Position numbers and translations under genes: made by a program. DNA of 32,000 nucleotides from Pseudoalteromonas tetraodonis (GTDB lineage Bacteria > Pseudomonadota > Gammaproteobacteria > Enterobacterales > Alteromonadaceae), in the NCBI RefSeq assembly GCF_002310835.1, contig NZ_CP011041.1, positions 1,590,001-1,622,000 of the forward strand, given 5' to 3'. The stretch's first letter is position 1, and every line of letters starts with the position of its first letter. A model generated the notes under the pieces. It was not told the origin of the DNA and did not search any database. It saw only the letters and a list, made by a program, of their open reading frames with translations. This document shows positions 27,296-32,000 of the stretch, piece after piece.

Positions 27296-29206
27296 ATGCC
27301 AGTTATTACTCTCCCTGACGGTAGTCAGCGTAGTTTTGAAAACCCTGTAAGCACGCTTGATGTTGCAAACGATATTGGCCCTGGTCTTGCTAAAGCAACC
27401 ATCGCCGGCCGTGTTAATGGCGAACGTGTGGATGCATGTGATTTAATTTCAGCCGACTCTCGTCTTGAAATTATTACAGCAAAAGATGACGATGGTTTAG
27501 AAATTATTCGCCACTCGTGTGCGCACTTAATTGGTCATGCTGTTAAACAACTTTTTCCTGATGCAAAAATGGCGATTGGTCCAACAATTGATAACGGTTT
27601 TTACTACGATATTGATATGGAACATTCGTTATCTCAAGATGATCTTGATGCTATTGAAAAGCGTATGTTACAGCTTGCAAAAACAAACTACGATGTAGTG
27701 AAAAAAACCGTTAGCTGGCAAGAAGCACGCGATACGTTTGCGGCGCGTGGCGAAACATACAAAATAGAAATTCTTGACGAAAATATTGCTCAAGATGATC
27801 GCCCAGGTTTATACCACCACGAAGAATACGTAGATATGTGTCGTGGACCACATGTTCCTAACATGAAATTCTGTCAAAACTTCAAAATTATGAAGGTAGC
27901 AGGTGCATACTGGCGTGGTGATTCTGAAAATAAAATGCTGCAGCGTATTTACGGCACAGCGTGGGGCGATAAAAAGCAACTTAAAGCGTACTTAAAGCGT
28001 TTAGAAGAAGCTGAGAAGCGCGATCACCGTCGTATCGGTAAAGCACTTGATTTATGGCACTGGCAAGAAGAAGCGCCAGGCATGGTATTTTGGCACAACG
28101 ATGGTTGGAGCATTTACCGTGAATTAGAAGAATTTGTGCGTGAAAAATTACGTGAGTACCAATACGAAGAAGTAAAAGGTCCAATGATGATGGATCGTTC
28201 GTTATGGGAAAAATCAGGTCACTGGGAAAAATATTCAGAAGCCATGTTTACCACGGAGTCTGAAAAGCGTGAATACGCAATCAAGCCAATGAACTGTCCA
28301 GGTCACGTACAAATATTTAACCAAGGTTTAAAATCATACCGTGATTTACCACTGCGTATGGCTGAGTTTGGTTGTTGTCACCGTAACGAGCCATCAGGCG
28401 CACTTCACGGTTTAATGCGTGTGCGTGGCTTTACCCAAGATGATGCGCATGTATTCTGTACTGAAGAGCAAATCATGGATGAAGTATCGGCCTGTATTAA
28501 AATGGTTTACGATACGTATGAAACATTCGGCTTTGAAAAAATTGTAGTTAAACTTTCAACTCGCCCAGAGCAACGTATTGGCGAAGATGAAATGTGGGAC
28601 AAAGCAGAGCTTGCACTTGCTGACGCACTTAAAGCAAATGACATTGAATTTGATTATTTACCAGGTGAAGGGGCGTTTTATGGCCCTAAAATTGAATTTA
28701 CTTTGTACGATTGCTTAGACAGAGCGTGGCAGTGTGGTACAGTGCAACTAGATTTTGCATTACCGGGTCGTTTGGGCGCTACTTATGTAGCTGAAAATAA
28801 CGAACGTCGCACACCTGTTATGATACACCGCGCTATTTTAGGGTCTATTGAGCGCTTTATCGGTATCTTAACAGAAGAGTACGCTGGTTTATTCCCAACG
28901 TGGCTTGCGCCTAAGCAAGTGGTGATTATGAATATCACCGATAAACAAGCACCTTATGTGCAGGAAATTGTACAAAAATTAAATAAACTTGGAATTAGAG
29001 CCGCTGCTGACTTGAGAAATGAGAAGATTGGCTTTAAAATCCGAGAACATACACTTAAGCGTATTCCTTACTTACTGGTTGTTGGCGATAAAGAAGTTGA
29101 ACAACAAGAAGTAGCAGTACGAACTCGCACAGGTGAAGACCTAGGCAAATTTAATGTCGATGATTTTATCGCTAAAATCAGTGAAGAAATCAAAAATCGA
29201 CAGTAA
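27296..29206 (+). CDS. thrS: threonine-tRNA ligase
   Basis: 636 aa. N-terminal TGS domain ([10 protein letters not shown]), editing-domain HSCAHL, class II core ([27 protein letters not shown]), and an anticodon-binding C-terminus. Confidence 0.97.
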   Translation: MPVITLPDGSQRSFENPVSTLDVANDIGPGLAKATIAGRVNGERVDACDLISADSRLEIITAKDDDGLEIIRHSCAHLIGHAVKQLFPDAKMAIGPTIDNGFYYDIDMEHSLSQDDLDAIEKRMLQLAKTNYDVVKKTVSWQEARDTFAARGETYKIEILDENIAQDDRPGLYHHEEYVDMCRGPHVPNMKFCQNFKIMKVAGAYWRGDSENKMLQRIYGTAWGDKKQLKAYLKRLEEAEKRDHRRIGKALDLWHWQEEAPGMVFWHNDGWSIYRELEEFVREKLREYQYEEVKGPMMMDRSLWEKSGHWEKYSEAMFTTESEKREYAIKPMNCPGHVQIFNQGLKSYRDLPLRMAEFGCCHRNEPSGALHGLMRVRGFTQDDAHVFCTEEQIMDEVSACIKMVYDTYETFGFEKIVVKLSTRPEQRIGEDEMWDKAELALADALKANDIEFDYLPGEGAFYGPKIEFTLYDCLDRAWQCGTVQLDFALPGRLGATYVAENNERRTPVMIHRAILGSIERFIGILTEEYAGLFPTWLAPKQVVIMNITDKQAPYVQEIVQKLNKLGIRAAADLRNEKIGFKIREHTLKRIPYLLVVGDKEVEQQEVAVRTRTGEDLGKFNVDDFIAKISEEIKNRQ

Positions 29207-29280
29207 AAATCGAGCGTGTAGGGCAATCACAAACGGCCAACTACACGCTTATATTATTGATATTCTTGGAGGAACGTACC

Positions 29281-29826
29281 ATTAGAGGCGGCAAGAAAGG
29301 GCAACAAACAGCTCAAAAAAATCGTATTAACGAAGAAATTACAGCGCTAGAAGTTCGTTTAATCGACATCGACGGCGAACAAGCTGGAATTCAGTCATTA
29401 AAAGACGCGCAAGCTATGGCTGATGCAGCGGGTGTTGATCTTGTAGAGATCAGTCCAAACGCTGAGCCGCCTGTTTGTAAGGTTATGGACTACGGTAAGT
29501 TCATCTTTGAAAAAAGCAAAGAACTAAAAGAGCAGAAGAAGAAGCAAAAGCAAATCCAGATTAAAGAAATCAAATTCCGTCCGGGAACGGATGAAGGCGA
29601 TTATCAGGTTAAGCTGCGCAACTTACGTAAGTTCTTAGAAGCTGGCGATAAAGCTAAGATAACTATCCGCTTCCGTGGTCGTGAAATGGCTCACCAAGAA
29701 ATTGGTATCGAATTATTAAACCGTATTAAAACCGATTTAGAAGAGTTAGCAGTTGTTGAGTCTTTCCCAAATCGTGTTGAAGGTCGTCAAATGGTTATGA
29801 TGATGGCACCGGTTGCTAAAAAGTAA
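29281..29826 (+). CDS. infC: translation initiation factor IF-3, AUU start
   Basis: GGAGG (29268-29272) lies 8 nt before the in-frame ATT at 29281. The resulting 181-aa product ([21 protein letters not shown]...) aligns with the E. coli IF3 N-terminus (MKGGKR..NRINGEI). The track's TTG at 29257 has no SD. Confidence 0.93.
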   Translation: MRGGKKGQQTAQKNRINEEITALEVRLIDIDGEQAGIQSLKDAQAMADAAGVDLVEISPNAEPPVCKVMDYGKFIFEKSKELKEQKKKQKQIQIKEIKFRPGTDEGDYQVKLRNLRKFLEAGDKAKITIRFRGREMAHQEIGIELLNRIKTDLEELAVVESFPNRVEGRQMVMMMAPVAKK

Positions 29827-29854
29827 TAATTAGGCGATAATACGCACCGAATTT

Positions 29855-30037
29855 AGCTCAGGTTTGCAAGTGATGTGAAAATGTCCACCTGAGTTAACCG
29901 GTTTTAAAGTAAAATTGCGGTATTTATATCGGGTTTTCACCGGAACATAGCAGTAAGTTAGGCCTTTAAAGTGGAGCTATAGCAATATATCTCACGCCTT
30001 CTTACTAAATTTAAAGCAATACAATTGGAGTTATTGC
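29855..30037 (+). promoter_or_regulatory. structured infC-rpmI spacer (possible L20 operator)
   Basis: A 9-bp hairpin pairs 29855-29863 with 29887-29895. A second hairpin pairs GCAATA (30016-30021) with TATTGC (30032-30037) and presents the rpmI SD GGAG (30027-30030) in its loop, directly before the ATG at 30039. Confidence 0.25.
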
Positions 30038-30038
30038 A

Positions 30039-30239
30039 ATGGCTTACAAGCTAAAAAGTCACAGAGGCGCAGCTAAGCGTTTCAAAAAGACTGCTTCTGG
30101 CGGTTTCAAGCGTAAACAAGCGCATCTTCGTCACATTCTGACTAAGAAAACTTCTAAGCGTAAGTTACACCTACGTCCTAAGATGATGGTTCATAAAAAT
30201 GACCATGGTCTAGTTTCACGTATGTTACCATTCGCTTAA
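30039..30239 (+). CDS. rpmI: 50S ribosomal protein L35
   Basis: 66 aa. [38 protein letters not shown] is collinear with E. coli L35. Confidence 0.95.
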
Positions 30240-30254
30240 TAGGGGTTTTTAGAA

Positions 30255-30617
30255 ATGGCAAGAGTTAAACGCGGCGTTGTCGCACGTGCACGTCACAAAA
30301 AAGTTTTAAAACAAGCGAAAGGTTACTACGGAGCACGTTCACGTGTTTACCGCGTAGCTTTCCAGGCTGTTACTAAAGCGGGTCAATACGCTTACCGTGA
30401 CCGCCGTGCTAAGAAACGTACTTTCCGTCAACTATGGATTGCACGTATCAATGCTGCTTCACGTCAAAATGGTCTGTCTTACAGCCGTTTTATCAATGGT
30501 CTTAAAAAGACATCTGTAGAAATCGATCGTAAGATCCTTGCAGATATCGCTGTTTACGACCAAGTTGCATTCGCAGCGCTTGTAGCAAAAGCAAAAGAAG
30601 GCCTAGCGGCAGCTTAA
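30255..30617 (+). CDS. rplT: 50S ribosomal protein L20
   Basis: 120 aa. [39 protein letters not shown] is nearly identical to E. coli L20 over this stretch. Confidence 0.97.
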   Translation: MARVKRGVVARARHKKVLKQAKGYYGARSRVYRVAFQAVTKAGQYAYRDRRAKKRTFRQLWIARINAASRQNGLSYSRFINGLKKTSVEIDRKILADIAVYDQVAFAALVAKAKEGLAAA

Positions 30618-30639
30618 GTTTTTGTATAAGTAATGAAAA

Positions 30640-30661
30640 GGAGCCCATGGCTCCTTTTTTT
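30640..30661 (+). terminator. intrinsic terminator of the thrS-infC-rpmI-rplT cluster
   Basis: GGAGCC (30640-30645) pairs with GGCTCC (30649-30654) around a CAT loop, followed by T7 (30655-30661) and preceded by AAAA. Confidence 0.85.
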
Positions 30662-30839
30662 GTGCCTGTAATTTATTATCTTTTTTATGCGCTTGTAGGC
30701 TTTTTCCTTTATTTATTACCGTTGTGTGTTCGTTTTTTAGGTACTTATTAGCCCTTTTTATTCAGTAGATGTTGATAGCGTGGCTGGGCTGCAACTAAAA
30801 ATGCCGTTGGCTGTATTTTTTTGTTGAACCACCGCAGTT

Positions 30840-30870
30840 TTGGCAACTAGAAAAGTTTAATTGCTATAAT
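30840..30870 (+). promoter_or_regulatory. putative extended -10 promoter for the M14 peptidase gene
   Basis: TGcTATAAT (30862-30870) is an extended -10 element. TTGGCA (30840-30845) lies 19 nt upstream, which is longer than the optimal spacing. Confidence 0.3.
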
Positions 30871-30903
30871 TTTTCTTAATTAATGGGTTTGTTAGAGAAG
30901 TAT

Positions 30904-32000
30904 ATGTTTATAAGTTTATTGGTTTTATCTGCAAGTATGGCAAATAGCAATCATTTACCGCCATTATTACCATGGGAAGGTAGTAGTACCTCACTATTGC
31001 AACAACAGGGACCCTTAACCACAGACTTTGAAATTTCTGCTGGAGTCTCGTCTCCCAATTATGCTAATACCATGGCATTTGTTGATAGATTAGTGGCTGC
31101 GAATCCCACTCAATTTAAATCAAAAACGATTGGCTATAGTAATAGTAAACGAGCAATAAAAATGTTGATTGCCAGCGAACAAGGTTTTTTTAATGCGGGG
31201 CAAATGGCCAATAGCACCAAACCAACCGTGCTTATTCAGGCTGGTATTCACGCTGGTGAGATTGATGGTAAAGATGCGATGTTTATGCTGCTTAGAGACA
31301 TTGCTACGGGTAAACGACGCGATATATTAAAAAAGGTAAACATTTTATTTATCCCAATATTAAACGTTGATGGTCACGAGCGTAGTAGTGCGTTTAATCG
31401 TATTAATCAGCGTGGCCCTGTCAAAATGGGTTTTAGAACAAACGCAAATAATCTTAATTTAAATCGTGATTACACTAAGCTTGATACGCCAGAGGTTAAA
31501 AGCGTCCTTCAAGTAATTAATGATTATAATCCGAATTTGTATATTGACGTACACGTGACTGATGGGGCTGATTACCAATACGATGTAACCTATGGCTATA
31601 ACCCAGTATTTGCTAGCGAGTCGCCTGCCATTTCAGATGCGCTTAACCGTTATTTTAAACCAATGATTGATCAAACCCTCACTGAGCAAGGCCATGTTCC
31701 GGGCCCTTTAGTGTTTGTTATGGATAAGCAAGAATTTAAATCAGGTTTAGCAGGTTGGGTTGCCACACCGCGGTTTTCAAACGGGTGGGGTGATTTAAAG
31801 TCATTGCCTACCATTTTAGTTGAAAACCATTCTTTAAAGCCATACAAACAACGCGTGTTAGGGACTTATGTGTTTATAGATGGTGCTATTGAAGCATTAT
31901 CAGCGCATAAAGATAAACTCGCTAATGCAGTAAAAAAAGAACAAGAATTTGTTCCTAAGCAATTAATTGTTAAGCGTGGTTATTCTGAGCAGCCTGATCA
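30904..32000 (+). CDS. M14-family zinc carboxypeptidase, 3'-truncated by the window edge
   Basis: I read this frame by hand from the ATG at 30904 to the window end and found no stop; it is not in the supplied track. The N-terminus is signal-like (MFISLLVLSASMA). The Zn-binding H-x-x-E is in IQAGIHAGEIDGKD. Other motifs are NVDGHER, NLNRDY and the second His region YIDVHVTDG. Confidence 0.75.
   Translation, partial: MFISLLVLSASMANSNHLPPLLPWEGSSTSLLQQQGPLTTDFEISAGVSSPNYANTMAFVDRLVAANPTQFKSKTIGYSNSKRAIKMLIASEQGFFNAGQMANSTKPTVLIQAGIHAGEIDGKDAMFMLLRDIATGKRRDILKKVNILFIPILNVDGHERSSAFNRINQRGPVKMGFRTNANNLNLNRDYTKLDTPEVKSVLQVINDYNPNLYIDVHVTDGADYQYDVTYGYNPVFASESPAISDALNRYFKPMIDQTLTEQGHVPGPLVFVMDKQEFKSGLAGWVATPRFSNGWGDLKSLPTILVENHSLKPYKQRVLGTYVFIDGAIEALSAHKDKLANAVKKEQEFVPKQLIVKRGYSEQPD

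Noticed and set aside
24302-28184. ORFs 24302-24496(+), 24799-25113(+), 25490-25699(+), 25718-25924(+), 26794-27045(+) and 27981-28184(-)
   Set aside because: They overlap or lie antisense to the GGDEF, acyl-CoA synthetase, 148-aa and thrS genes, with no independent support.

Overview
This 32-kb window is a chromosomal segment. Gene content and protein sequences suggest an AT-rich marine gammaproteobacterium of the Alteromonadales/Pseudoalteromonas type, but that is inference only. I support about 28 protein-coding genes. Housekeeping blocks are thrS-infC-rpmI-rplT (27.3-30.6 kb), lolCDE (17.6-20.8 kb), gdhA, and the formaldehyde-detoxification pair frmA-fghA with a divergent LysR regulator. 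Accessory content includes three c-di-GMP genes (a GAF-EAL protein, one intact membrane GGDEF protein and one GGDEF gene split by a frame change). It also includes a FabY-like long beta-ketoacyl synthase with a divergent GlxA-type regulator, a secreted GH16 glycoside hydrolase with a large internal insertion, a DUF1624-like membrane protein, two short MgtC-family paralogues, an acyl-CoA synthetase, and a 3'-truncated M14 carboxypeptidase that is absent from the supplied ORF track. I recognised no rRNA, tRNA, CRISPR array, transposase or integrase. The most system-like and least understood locus is the translationally coupled operon at 1228-4296. It encodes a RimK-like ATP-grasp ligase with an extra N-terminal domain, a GNAT acetyltransferase fused to a C39/papain-like cysteine peptidase, and an MgtC-family membrane protein, all preceded by a hairpin-rich leader. 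Other points worth a second look are tRNA-Thr anticodon-arm mimics in the thrS leader, an AUU start for infC, a ~165-nt long inverted repeat at 26.2-26.4 kb, a candidate orphan transcript at 13.93-14.11 kb, and the permuted-looking insert in the GH16 enzyme. All family assignments come from motif recognition by eye; no searches were run.
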